This document shows positions 38,401 through 50,715 of a stretch of DNA of 64,000 nucleotides, one piece after another. Every line of letters starts with the position of its first letter. The stretch's first letter is position 1. The notes below the pieces were generated by a model. It searched no databases. It had not been told where the DNA came from and worked only from the letters and a program-made list of their open reading frames with translations. Source of the stretch: Malacoraja senta (taxonomy: Eukaryota); assembly GCA_038087875.1 (NCBI GenBank), contig CM075990.1, forward strand, positions 16,060,001 to 16,124,000, in the 5' to 3' direction. The translations under genes and the position numbers were made by a program.

Positions 38401-38533
38401 GTCTGAAGAAGGGTCTCGATCCGAAACATCACCCATTCCTTCTCTGCAGAGATGCTACCTAACCCACTGAGTTACTCCAGCATTTTGTGACTATCTTCGG
38501 TGTAAACCAGCATCTGCAGTTCCTTCCTACACA
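38401..38533 (+). mobile_element. Solo Penelope-like terminal repeat, family A, hammerhead core at 38403-38430
   Basis: CTGAAGAAGGGTCTCGATCCGAAACATC...CTGCAGTTCCTTCCTACAC. Confidence 0.85.
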
Positions 38534-39314
38534 TTTGGAATATAGGAACTGATTAATGAATAATAAGGAGTAAAAGTGTTATTGTATTTATGGACTTGTC
38601 TCTTGTTGGAATTATTGAGATAGCCAGTCCTTCTTGATGGCTGTGATATGAAAAATGTGAAAAAAATGTGCTTTTGAAAAATGAGGTTTCACTAAGTCTC
38701 TGAAAAGAAATATTTTCTCTGCGTTTAAGATACCGAGTTACACTCTTGATAAATACTTAATTTGTTTTAATCTATAACCAATAGAGCACGAGAATGGAAG
38801 GGAAACGACTGGAATGACTCATTCATATTTCGTAAGTTGAATTGATCGCTGTTAGCTTAAGTGTGAAAAATTTATTACAGTTTTGTAATTTTTCATTTAT
38901 GCACCCTTAAATACATGGAGTGGTTTTATAAAATGAGGATCTAGCAATAAAGCAAAAGATTGTAAGGCTATATCCAGAAATGTATTAAATGTGATCTGAA
39001 AATTGATCCTTGTTCTTTATCTTTAGTTCTTAGCTTTGTAGATGTAGAAAAGTTAATAACATCAGAAATTGCATTTCCAAAAGGAAATAGATTATAGCTA
39101 TTATGATGCTAAACTGGCAACAATCGAATACATATTGACAAGTGCTATTTTGATACCTGTTTTCCCTGAGATTAAAGGAAGTGAGGTAAATCAGCTAATT
39201 CAGTGGCAGTTATCAAGCCTACAAGGTAAAATTATACAAGCAAATCGAACAGCTTTGTTTAAGTCTGATCTGATATTCATCATTTTAATGACTCCGAAAG
39301 AACGTCCTGAGAAA

Positions 39315-39775
39315 AGATCCTGTCCCACTTTCACGACCTAATTGGCGACCTCTGCCGAGTTTGCCCTTGACTCATACTCGCAACACGGTTGCCACGAGGT
39401 CGTAGGATGTCTTCGTAACTCTTCCTCATGCTCGTGAGTGGTCTCCGCGTACTCGTGGCCTCAAATAGGTTGCGGCATTGAAAAACTAGATACTTTTTAC
39501 TCGTAGGTAGGTCGTAGTAGGTCGTGATGGTAGTCATAGGTCGGTAAAAAAATGCAAACATGACATCATTTTATCATGTGATCATTTTCCACTCATAGCT
39601 AGTCGTCATTGGTTTTAGGTGTGGAAGACTGAGGTCGATGGGGGTCGTAGGAGGTCGTAGACATAGTCGTAGGAGGTATTTTACTTCGGCGAGTCAACAC
39701 GACGTTGACATTTTTTTCAACTCGTCTAGGATCTTCTAAACTCGTGGAATAGATCGTCCAAGTGGGACAGGCCCT
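39315..39775. mobile_element. Harbinger-like MITE
   Basis: TIR CCTGTCCCACTT / AAGTGGGACAGGCCC, TAA right flank, internal GGTCGTAG repeats. Confidence 0.75.
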
Positions 39776-42700
39776 TAACCCTATCTCAGAGCTGTGTGTA
39801 TACATTTTTGGAAGCATCACTAAGTACAGTACGTTGACTTTATGCAGCTAAGCAGTTTCGTTATTTAATATTGTTAACCTCTGTAACGTAATGAGAATAA
39901 TCCTATATTAATCAAACTAAATCATGTCAATTTTAGTGAAATGCTGAAGCTATTCATTTGGTTCACTCAGTTCACATTTTAATGAATGCATTTATTGTTA
40001 TTACAACTTTATGCCATCCCATTGGTATAAATAAAATTAATGGTTTCTACTGGAATATTGACCTCAACATCGAGTAAATTTAGTACAGTGGAGATATTTA
40101 TTTCACTTAACCTAGGACTATCCAATGCAGATTATTCCTACACAACCACAGTGCTCTGTACAGAGTGAGGTTAACCTTTCATTACTCTTCCTTCAGCAGG
40201 CAGATACTGTAGGTTGCAGTGGTCCTCCATGTGAACTGTGATTTAAATCTGGATATTCCTTACAGGAGAATGGTGCTCTGGCATTGAAATTAATCAACAG
40301 CCCAGTTCCACCTCCATGACAGCTCAGAACAGGTATGACAGCATTTATCCTTAGAGAATTGCTGCTCAAGAAGGCAGTGTCCCAGGACTAACCTCTTCAG
40401 CTGCTTCATCAACAACCTAAACATAGGTAAGCATTATTTGTTTGAGCCTAAGTACAAAACTTATTTAAACAATTGGAGACACAAAGAACTGCAGATGCTG
40501 GTGTACTTGGTAATTCAGAGGGTCAGACAGCTTCTCTGGAAAACATTTATGTTCTGTGTGAGAGAAGATCAGTCTGATAATTTCATCAGTCTGAGGAAGA
40601 GTCCCCATCCGAAACATCAGCCTATCCATGTTCTCCAGGGATGCTGCCTGACCTGTTGAGTTACTCCACCACTTTGTGTCTTTCATTCCGGTTCTGCAGT
40701 TTTATTTCTTGAATTACAGTTGAACGTGCATTTTTAAAATCTGTCATCGTATGACAAAGGACAAAATATAACTGAAGGAAAAGCAAATAACTGCAGAAGC
40801 TGGAAAACTGAAATAAAAACAGAAATTGCTGGAAGCATTCAGCATGTCAGGCAGCATTGGAGGGTGGTAAAAGAGTCAACAGGTCTGTGCCATGGATCAG
40901 GAAATGGCATTAATTGAATTCCACCATGACAGCTGGGGGACTTAAGTTCATATAATTAAATAAATTAGGAGCTAAAAGCTTGCCCTGCCAATGGTGACCG
41001 TGAAACTACTGGATTGTCATTCAGATTCTTCTGGTTGATCAAAATCCTTTCAGAAGGAAATCTGCTGCCATTATTAGGTCTGGATTATATGTGACTCCTG
41101 ACCCACCAATGTGACTAACTGTTACCCACTAATCTACTATTCTTACGCTCTTGTACTTGGGTATGCTTGTGCTTATGTAAAGCAACATTTTACAGAATGG
41201 GATGAATAGATAGAATTTCACTGTACCTAGATGCGTGTAACAATGAAGCACCATTGAACCCCCCTCATTACAGGGACAGTTAGATATGAATGATAAACAC
41301 TGGCAATGTGAGCAACATATAAATGCCATGTATAATTATGAAAAATATGTATCTGCTGAATATTTCCAGTGTTTTCTGTTTTTGTAATTAAAATCTCAAT
41401 TATGTGATATTCCTTTCCTGCTACATACTGAAAGTGCTAGAGTCAATAATACTTATTTGTAGGATGAGTCATTCTCCCGAGCGTGAACTGAATTCACTGC
41501 ATATTTCACTGCATATTCACTGCATATTTCATCAATGAAGAAATTAGAATTAACAAAGGATAATATAACAAAGAAAAGGGCCGCTTGGTGCATCATCTTT
41601 CTTTCAAAGACCAATCCAATTTATTCAATTTCCCAATCATTTCTGGTCCCATGAAATTGTCCCCTGCAAGTCATTATCCAGCTGTCTTTTGCAAGTTGTC
41701 ATTGAATCTACTTTCAGCATCGTTGTAGGCAAACCATTCTAAATCCTCACTATACACCACGTTATCTCTCAACATTTTATCGATTATCGTAAGTCTTATT
41801 CTGTTCCTGAAGAATTTTCAGCTGCTGAAAATTATTTCTCTTTAATTACTTACCAAAAAAAATCAATGTTTTGAACATCTTAAGCAAATCTTAGGTTATC
41901 CACTGCCTTTCGAAGAGAACTGCTGAGTTATCCTATTCAGTCGTTTTTAATGGTCTCCAATTCTAGTAAATCTCACCGATATTCTCTCTGGGGACTTGGC
42001 ATGTTTGCTAAAATATGATGGCCAGAATTGCTCACAGGTAAGAATTTAGTAAAAGTGTAGCATGAGTTCCATGCTGTTATGTTGAATGCCTCTGATTACA
42101 AAGCCAGTATGCTTCTATAACTGCTGTGAGCTTGGAACTGTCATAGAACACACAGAGGGGGAGCCCAGTTCCATTTCTACATAAAAGATTCAATGAATTC
42201 AAGTACAACATTTCCTTTGCCTTGACCTATGGATTCATATTTTACACACTTTTTTTCCTCTCTGTACTGAACTATATTTTCACCTGCAAAATAAAAATAA
42301 TTTGATGTGTACAAGTGGCTGCCATATTCATGAAAGTTCTCATTGCTTCTCAGTAAAGTGATTAGAAGGAAAACATTCTTAGAGTCTGAATTTGGATGAA
42401 TTAGAAAACTCATGGCTATTCTCTTGCACCTTGTGGAGCCTGTGTACTTAACTCCATTCTGCTGAGCATCTTTACCCCCAGATTGAATCTGAGCAAAGTC
42501 GAAGTTCCTTGCACATTGCAAGCCTATGCTGTAATGTGCATTGTCAACAGGATGGAACCCTTTGGTTCACTGAATCCATTTGTTATTAATCTATTACTAA
42601 ATTTCTTGGCTTTGCTTGAGCGAGATTCCAATCTCATGAGGAAATTGAAGCACCAACTTTAAAATGGATTATTGAACATGGAATGTTGACAATTTGCAGC

Positions 42701-43927
42701 TCTCATTTCTTGATGCGTGCACAAACCATATTCTCTCAACCTTCCGTCATGCACAAATTCCTGCTTCATCTCAGGTGCCTGTCATTCCCCTCCTATCTGA
42801 CTTGATTTATTTTCCTCTATATCATCTGCCTCTCTTTACCTATTTCTCCATCTCATTATTTTTAATTTCCTTTGTTTTAATGATATTGCTCCTTTTCTTG
42901 CTTCTTTCTTATATTTTGCCTTTATCAATTCCTCTATCTCTTTTCTCACCCTTGTTCCGATTATCCTTTCATTCTTTTGATCCTGGATTGTCATCCTTTC
43001 TTTCCATCTCTCAGTCATTTCCCTGACCTCCTAAAGTTACTGATTTTGCCTATAAAGCTAAATATAAATGTATGAACAATCTGTATCGGGATTTATCTGA
43101 TATTTATCTCAAAAGGTATATTTGATGACAAACATAAACTAATCCAACCTGTGCTGTAGTAATTGGCATAATACTGTCAATGAACTAGAAATGTCTGGTT
43201 CATTGACAGTTATTGTGATTCAGAGTTGCATTGAATAAAGTATCATTGCGATCAGAGGTGCTACAGTATTTTATTATTTTTATTCTGTAGCAAAATCATG
43301 AACAATTTTATAATTTCTTTCTTATTGAATATTAAATACTTTGTTTCCTGGGCAACTGATGCTAAAAAAAACATTATGTTTTAGAAAACATAATTTCAAT
43401 TTTTGATTATAAAGTTTCAGCTCTTAATTGTTATCCTCGCAGTTAAAAGCATTCAACTCCTCTAAAGGTGCTTATTGCTGCCTGGCAATCTGAGTTCCAT
43501 CCACCACTTTGTGTTTTTGCCTAAATTGTATTTTATTCTGTACAAACACTAAAAAAGCTAACCAGAAAATAAATCAGATTTCCTCTTAACTGTGAAGTGC
43601 GTATGTGTACTGAATTTTACAGTTACTTCTCAAAACTGCATAAATCACATCTGCCATCATGGTCCAAGCTCTTATTTTGCACAAAATGTTTGCTGTATTT
43701 GCATACATGACAACTGTGGCCACACTTCAAAGAAATTAATTGTGCTTGAAGTGTGTCGCAATTCTGAGAACCATGTTAGACTAATGTATCAACACAGCTC
43801 TTTTATCTTTCACATGAAGGCACATTGTTTTTCCAATGGGCAATCACAGACTTATACAGTGCCCCTAACATTGAAAACTGACCCAAGTGGCTTAATTGAA
43901 GAATCAATTTACAAGAATGATTGCAGG

Positions 43928-44390
43928 AATGGGTGAGTTAGCATATGATGAGTGCTTGACAGCACTGGCAGCCCTGGGCCTCTACTCGCTGGAGTTTTTA
44001 AGGTTGAGTGGGGGACCTCATTGAAACTTACAAAATAATGAAAGGCATAGAGTGGATGTGGAAAGGATGTTTCCACTGGTGGGAGAGTCTAGGACCAGAG
44101 GTCATAGCCTCAGAATTAATGAGTGCTCCTTTTGAAAGGTGAGGAGGAACTTCTTTAGTCAGAGAATGGTTAATCTGTGGAACACATTGCTACAGAGGGC
44201 TATGGAGGCCAAGTCTGGATATTTTTAAGGCAAATAGATAGACAAATTCTTGATTAGAACGGGTGCCAAGGATTCTGGGGAGAAGACGGAAAAATGGGAT
44301 TTGGAGGCAGAGATCAGCCATGATTGAATGGTAGAGTGGACTCGATGGGCCAAATGGCATAATTCTACTCCTATAATTTGTGAACTTGTG
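43928..44390 (+). mobile_element. CR1 3' end
   Basis: GGCCTCTACTCGCTGGAG...GATCAGCCATGATTGAATGG...GACTCGATGGGCCAAATGGC. Confidence 0.85.
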
Positions 44391-44704
44391 AATCCGAAAA
44401 AAAATTATCATAGCCAAAGAAGGAGATGAGATGGATGACTCAAGGCATGAAAGAAGAGGTAGATTTTAAGGAGGTCATAAAGGAAGGAGGAAGGTGGAGT
44501 TTTGAGAAGTAACTTCAGATATAGGCTGTGGGCCGAGCATCAAAAATGTGTCTAGAAATAGATTTTCGTGACCCACGTCACCAAACTACATGAAATTTCC
44601 CACAGATTTAGATGAAATATAATTGAGAAGGAGTCATAACTCGTCAGTGCCAAAAGCTGCACATTAATTAATAAACTAATTCGAAAATAAGATCAGGAAA
44701 GTGA

Positions 44705-44718
44705 GCGCCATCTAGTGG
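44705..44718 (-). promoter_or_regulatory. CTCF consensus motif inside the transposon
   Basis: CCACTAGATGGCGC on the minus strand. Confidence 0.6.
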
Positions 44719-45464
44719 CCAATATTACACCATGGGTAGCCTATTTCCGTGTTGCAGTCATTTAAACTATATATGATTATACCCATATATATATGACTTG
44801 TAAATATGACTGTAATTATATATAATTAAGTATAATTATATTATATAAAAATAATATGATGAATATAATTGTGACTGTTTTTTTAATGACACTGTTGCAC
44901 AGGTCCTGCTCCTGAACCAGCCTAATTAATGGGTGAGGGCAGTTCTTGTGGGTCCTCCCTTTACTGAACCCCACTGACTGCCAGTGTGCAGAGTGGGGGT
45001 CACAGCCATAGTGGACTGGGGCAGTTCCAGGCTGGGGGACAGTCCTGCAAGTCATCTTCCAGTCGCTTTAATAGGAAATGTAATGAGACTGCAGCAGAGG
45101 TCCCAGGTTTTAAGGGCTCATGAACCTGCCTAATTAAAGGGTCAGGACAGATCCTCTGGGTTCCCACGTTTACTGAACCCCACTGACTGTCATAGTGGGG
45201 AGAATGGGGGTAACGGCCATATGGGGCAGTGCCAGGCTGGGTGGCAGACCTGTAAGAGACCTGTCTTATTTCTGATGTAAATGTCACATCCTAACCAAGA
45301 ATCGAATGCTCTGAAGTTTACTCGATGAGTATTCATTTTAAGCTACAATGAGCCTATATTTATGTTAGAGACCCCCCCCCCCCCCCCCCCCGATGGTGCC
45401 TTTGCAAATGAGGGCTTTAACCTAAAAAAAAACTAAAAGTGTTGCATTGTTTGAGTATCTGTAG

Positions 45465-45710
45465 TTTGTGTGTGTGTCTGTGTATACCTGTCAAACGTGT
45501 ATCTGTGGATGTGTGGATGTAAGTGTGTATGTATGTGTGGATGGATGTTTGTGTGTGGATGTAATGTGTGTGCATGGATGTGTACATGTATGTCTGCGTG
45601 CGGATGGATGTGTGTGTGTGTGTGCGGATGTATGTGTGCATGTATGTGTGTGTGTGTGCATGCATGTAAGTGTGCGTACAGATGGATGTGTGTATGTATG
45701 TGTGGATAGA
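45465..45710. repeat. Degenerate (TG/TGGA/TATG)n microsatellite
   Basis: Direct reading. Confidence 0.9.
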
Positions 45711-46496
45711 TGACACCAGCACGCCATTATCATAAGTAATTCACTCATTGTTTAAATAATTTGACCAAATAAACAGTGAAACGATCGACACTAAAATAAA
45801 ACTTTATATAATCATTTATTTCCCCAATTTATTTGTTTACATTACATCTGATCTTCATCTGAATATTCTTCATCAGATTCCAAGTCTTTTGATAAGTTTT
45901 GATAAGTCCATTGATAAGTTAGATCAAGTTCAAGTGGAGGGTCAGGCTGAGGCTACAAAACAAACATCTCATAGTCATTAAGTCTGCATGGACTTCAATT
46001 CATAAAATTTAAACCTCTTCTTAATGTTAATGAGAATAACACTGTTACTACCATAGATAAATTAGTTCAAGTTCAAGTTCACATACACCAATTCATTTCT
46101 GCGTAAACATCAGCCATTACTGACCATTTATCACTCCAATGGTAGCCGATAAAGTGCGATCAATATTCCTCCGTTTTTCTCCCGTGGTCGGGGCCTGGAA
46201 ACGGCCACTACCGACGGCACTATGTACAGCCTGCCTCCCCCCCCCCCCACCGCCCGCGGAGATGATCCAAAAACACTCCGCGTTCGCGAATCGGCCGCTT
46301 CTTAATTGAGACCGCGGCTTCACTATTTTAAGTACATAGGCCCTGCGATCGGAACTTTTTCCCGGTAAGTTATCGCAGGCAGCTCCGAGATTAGATGTTA
46401 AAGACTTATTAGACTACAACAAACTGGCATTAGTGAAAATGTTTAATTTACCTTGGATTTAACTATGGATACACATAGTTTAGGCCCTCAACTTCA

Positions 46497-46877
46497 TGAA
46501 TGAATGAATGAATGAGTGAATGAGTGAATGAATGAGTGAATGAATGAATGAGTGAGTGAATGAGTGAATGAATGAGTGAATGAATGAATGAATGAGTGAA
46601 TGAGTGAATGAATGAGTGAATGAATGAATGAATGAGTGAGTGAATGAATGAATGAATGAGAATGAATGAATGAGTGAATGAATGAATGAATGAATGAGTG
46701 AATGAATGAATGAGTGAATGAATGAATGAGTGAATGAATGAATGAGTGAGTGAATGAATGAGTGAGTGAGTGAGTGAGTGAGTGTGAATGAATGAGTCAA
46801 TGAATGAATGAGTGATTGAGTGAGTGAATGATTGAATGAATGAGTGAATTAACGAGTGAGTGAGTGAATGAGTGAAT
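46497..46877. repeat. (TGAA/TGAG)n microsatellite; resumes at 47729-47755
   Basis: Direct reading. Confidence 0.95.
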
Positions 46878-47728
46878 TGTTGTATTCAATTTATTGTCAT
46901 TATCTAATTTTAGAGACAACGAAATGGATTTTCCTTACAGTCAAGTAACATAAAAATAAATAATAAGTAAATAAACATTTTTTTTTTTAAAGCACAAACA
47001 CAGAAGTCCACACACAACATAATCCCACAGCGGCACCAAAGTTAAGGAAGGTACCATAGTCCAGCCAGCCTCCCCGCTGATCTTCCCAGATGTTCACCCG
47101 TAGTCGGGGCCTCCCGCGCACCCGCAGTCGCCGCCACGGGCGGCCCGATGCTCAGGCCCTCTCGCTGGGAACGGTGGAACCCCGACGCCGAACCCCGACG
47201 GAGAACATCCTCAGCGGCCCGGACCTCCACATCAGCCACCTCCCACCGGAGTCCGCGGCTCCCGAAGTCCACAGGCCGAGCCGGGCGGAGTCGCAGGACT
47301 CCGCGATGTTGGTCAGCGCCGCCCGCGTTGGGAGCGGCGCGAACCACAGCTCCGCGCTGTTGGTGCAGCAGGCCCAGCACTCCGGAGCTCCAAACGGCGA
47401 TCCCCGGTAAGGCATCGCCCGTCCCGCGATGTATCCAACGCTGCGCCGCTGCTGCTGGAGCTTTGGTCGGTCCCGGCGGGAAAGGCCGCGCCAATCCAGT
47501 AGGTAGGCCGCGGGGGGGTGGGGGGGGGCGAGGACGCGACTCGAATAATAGTCGCATCCTCTCAAGGAAGCGACTGAAGGATGGTATCCCCCTTACCGTA
47601 CCCTCTTCCCCCACATAAAAACATTTAAAAAAAACCCACAAAAAACGCTCTTCAAACAACAAAAACATAACAAAAAAACAAAAAGATACCGGACTGAAGG
47701 CGGAGGCAGCTAGCAACACCGCCACCTA
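46878..47728 (-). mobile_element. GC-rich non-autonomous retroposon inserted in the (TGAR)n tract
   Basis: CpG-rich body; tail TTTCGTTG...GACAATAAATTGAATACAACAA similar to 15100-15632; microsatellite continues on both sides. Confidence 0.6.
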
Positions 47729-48574
47729 GTGAGTGAATGAATGAGTGAGTGAATGTACAACCTCCAAATCTCATTTTTTCACATTATAAAAGGGTGCAAT
47801 TAAATTAATTAAAGTGCATACAGATTAATTTTCATAAATTCAGACTTTAGATCTTACCTTTTCAGTTCGTTGATTCACAAAATTTGACAGCAGCACCTCA
47901 GGGAGGGACATTGCTTTCAAGACTTTCTTCCACTTAGCTGCACATTCTTCAGACTTCTTCATGCTTTTCTCACTAAATTCAATTACCCTGCTGCAAGTTT
48001 CCACGACATGTATTCCACAGAACTAGAAAAAATCTTCATCGGAATCTCCAGTAAAACAGACATCGGTGAAGCCCTCTCAGTGCTCCCTGCCTAGCTAGCC
48101 TGAAACAAAGCGCGTGATTGGCCAACTGGCATACAACTCAATGCTAAACATGCTTTGATTGGACTAAAATTATCTGAAAATATTCTGGTTTTTCTCTAAT
48201 TTAATAAAAATGTGCAAGTCTTGTTCATGACGAGTTTCAGGGGTGATTTATATAATATTTTTACACAATATGTAAAAATTTCATGTAGTTCTGTGACTTG
48301 GGTCACGAAACACTGGAATAAAGCTCCTCGGCCCACAGCCTAATATAGATTCTAAATGATTTAAATTGAAGTCGTCAATGTGCAGCAATAGGAGTGGGAA
48401 AAGGTATGTAAAACCAGGAATGGATGAATTATGATAGATGAAGGGCAGGTGAATGCACTAGGAATAGGGAGAGATTTGCATCTGGCGTTAAGAATCACCA
48501 TATCCATGAGAATGCCAGGTATCGATCAAGATTCAAGAAGGGAATGGATGAGTAGGTTTGGAGCAGATTCCATG

Positions 48575-49230
48575 AACCTGCCATCATCGAGGGGATGGCG
48601 GTGGAGAGAGCCAACAGCTTTAAGTTCCTGGGCATGCACACTGTATCTCTGATGATCTGTCCTGGGCCCAGCACATTAATGCAATCACAAAGAAAGCTCA
48701 TACATCTTTAGAAGATTGAGGAGATTTGGTATGTCGAAGGATTTTCACATTTCTACAGGTGCATGGTGGAGAACGTGCTGACTAGTTGCCTGGTGGCCTG
48801 GTTCAACAACTCAAACACCCAGGATCAAAGGCAATTGCAGAGAGTGGTTGACACTGCCCGATCCATCACAGCTACTGACCTCCCAACCATCAAGGGGATC
48901 TATCTGCAGCGCTGCCTCAATAAAGGTAGCTAATATTATCAAAAGCCTTAAGCACTTTTGCCATGATCTCATTTGACTCCTACCATTTTGGAAGAATGTA
49001 TAGGAGTCTGAAAACTGTGATCACTAGGTTCAAAAATAGCTTCTTCCCAACAACCATCAGACTCTAGAATCCTACACAAAACTAACCTCAACTGAGAACT
49101 ACTATGGGCCGCTTTTGGTTGCACTCAGGACAGGGTTTTTGGTAGTTATTAATTTATTGATTATTTTTTTGTTTATTGGGTATTATCTGTGTGTATTGCA
49201 TTCTTTTAAATCTGTTATGCTGCTGCGAGT
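48575..49230 (+). mobile_element. Rex1/Babar-clade LINE 3' end relic
   Basis: VERANSFKFLG...ISDDLSWAQHINAITKKAH-type RT C-terminal translation with frameshifts. Confidence 0.75.
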
Positions 49231-49626
49231 AAGAATCTAATTGTTCCGTTGTAGGCATATATGATTAAACACTCTTGCCTTACTTACTCTTTCTTGGAGC
49301 AGGTTGGGGCAGCTTGTGGTTATGGAATGTGGAAGATGAGTAATAAACCTTAGAGATAACAAGACATAGATGATGATTTCAGCAGCGTTTAACCTGAGTT
49401 AACCTGAGGCAAGCAAGCAATGGCCAGTTCAAGGGTCAAATAAAATGTCAAGATTTAGAACAGTCAAACAGACAGTGGCCATGGAAAGAAATTGCAGAAA
49501 GAGTTGGGTTTATTCCTTAGTTTATTCCTTAGTTTATTCCTCAGTTAGTTCACTATAAATCCAACCAGTTTTCTAAACACAAAATGCTGGAGGAACTCAG
49601 TGGGTCAGGCAGCATTTGTGGAGGGT

Positions 49627-49945
49627 TAAAGAAGGAACTGCAGATGCTGGAAAATCGAAGGTACACAAAAATGCTGGAGAAACTCAGCGGGTGCAGCAGC
49701 ATCTATGGAGCGAAGGAAATAGGTAACGTTTCGGGCCGAAACCCTTCTTCAGACTGATAGGGGGTGGGGAGAAGAAAGGAAAAAAGGAAAAAGGCGGAGG
49801 AGGAGCCCGAGGGCTGGGGGAGGGGAGGAGACAACCAGATGGCTGATGAAGGGGAGGGGACAGCAAGGGTATTGCTCGCTGTGGCCATGGAGGAGACCCA
49901 GGACAGAGAGGTCAGATACGGAATGGGAGGGGGAGTTGAAGTGCT
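49627..49945 (-). mobile_element. Family B Penelope-like 3' fragment nested in an older Penelope-like repeat (49575-49990)
   Basis: Includes GIY-YIG-end-like sequence, terminal repeat and tail; GAGGG at both flanks (49621-49625, 49946-49950). Confidence 0.8.
49725..49752 (-). ncRNA. Minimal hammerhead ribozyme core (family B, intact)
   Basis: CTGAAGAAGGGTTTCGGCCCGAAACGTT with a 2-bp stem I (GT/AC). Confidence 0.7.
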
Positions 49946-50414
49946 GAGGGAATGGCTGGTGACATTTTGGGTTGGAACCCCTCTTCAGATTCTAGCATTT
50001 GTAGTTCATTGTTAAAGCTTTTCACCATACCTCGGTACACGTGATAATAATAATCCTATACCTAAATCTGTAATCACATTTCTAGTTTATAAATATTCAT
50101 TAATATTCAGTGCAGGGATAATAACTAATATCTTGCAGTTAACGTTCATGACTCTGTCTGCACCTTCCTGTGTTCAGTCACTGCTTCAGAGATGTTAAAT
50201 AAGGGGAGCTGATTGAACATTGTTAATTAGCACACCAGCACCATTGTTTCCTGACCCATCATAATGGTCTGTCTAACTTTATGAGCTCAACAAAACCATT
50301 AGCAAGAAAATCCCATTTGCTTTAAAAGTCCCAGGTGATGTAAAGGAACAAAAGCAAATGAAAAACAATCTCAAAAAATTAAAAGGCAGTCTTTTTTCTT
50401 AAAAGTGGAATGAG

Positions 50415-50715
50415 TAACCCTTGGTTTCCCTCTCTCTCTGTCCCTCCCCCACCCTAGTTCTCTGACTAGTTTCACTGTCCTGATTAATTTTACTGTTTGT
50501 ATGCCTTGTTGTCACCAACAATGAACCATTCCACGTTTCCTTGATGATCTTCTGCTTTGATCTATCGTGTTCACACCTTGCCCTTCCAGATCTCCAGTTT
50601 CCCTCTTCCCTGACTCTCAGTCTGCAGAAGGGTCTCGACCCGAAATGTCACCTATTTTTTCTCTCCAGAGACGCTGCCTGCCCCGCTGAGTTACTCCAGC
50701 ATTTTGTGTCTATCT
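50415..50715 (+). mobile_element. Penelope-like element 3' end, family A
   Basis: 3' region as in 54443-54790; core mutated to CTGCAGA at 50622. Confidence 0.8.

Larger units (their letters stand above)
44522..48342. mobile_element. 3.8-kb non-autonomous Academ-like DNA transposon
   Basis: Perfect 16-bp TIR TAGGCTGTGGGCCGAG (44522-44537 / 48327-48342), subterminal 35-bp inverted repeat (44564-44598 / 48276-48310), 3-bp ATA TSD; TAG termini with a short TSD fit Academ. Confidence 0.8.

Noticed and set aside
46480..46800. 106-aa HSF-repeat ORF and the ORFs at 45417-45748
   Set aside because: Translations of microsatellites
47042..47725. 227-aa and overlapping ORFs
   Set aside because: GC-rich repeat interior with open frames on both strands and no recognisable domain
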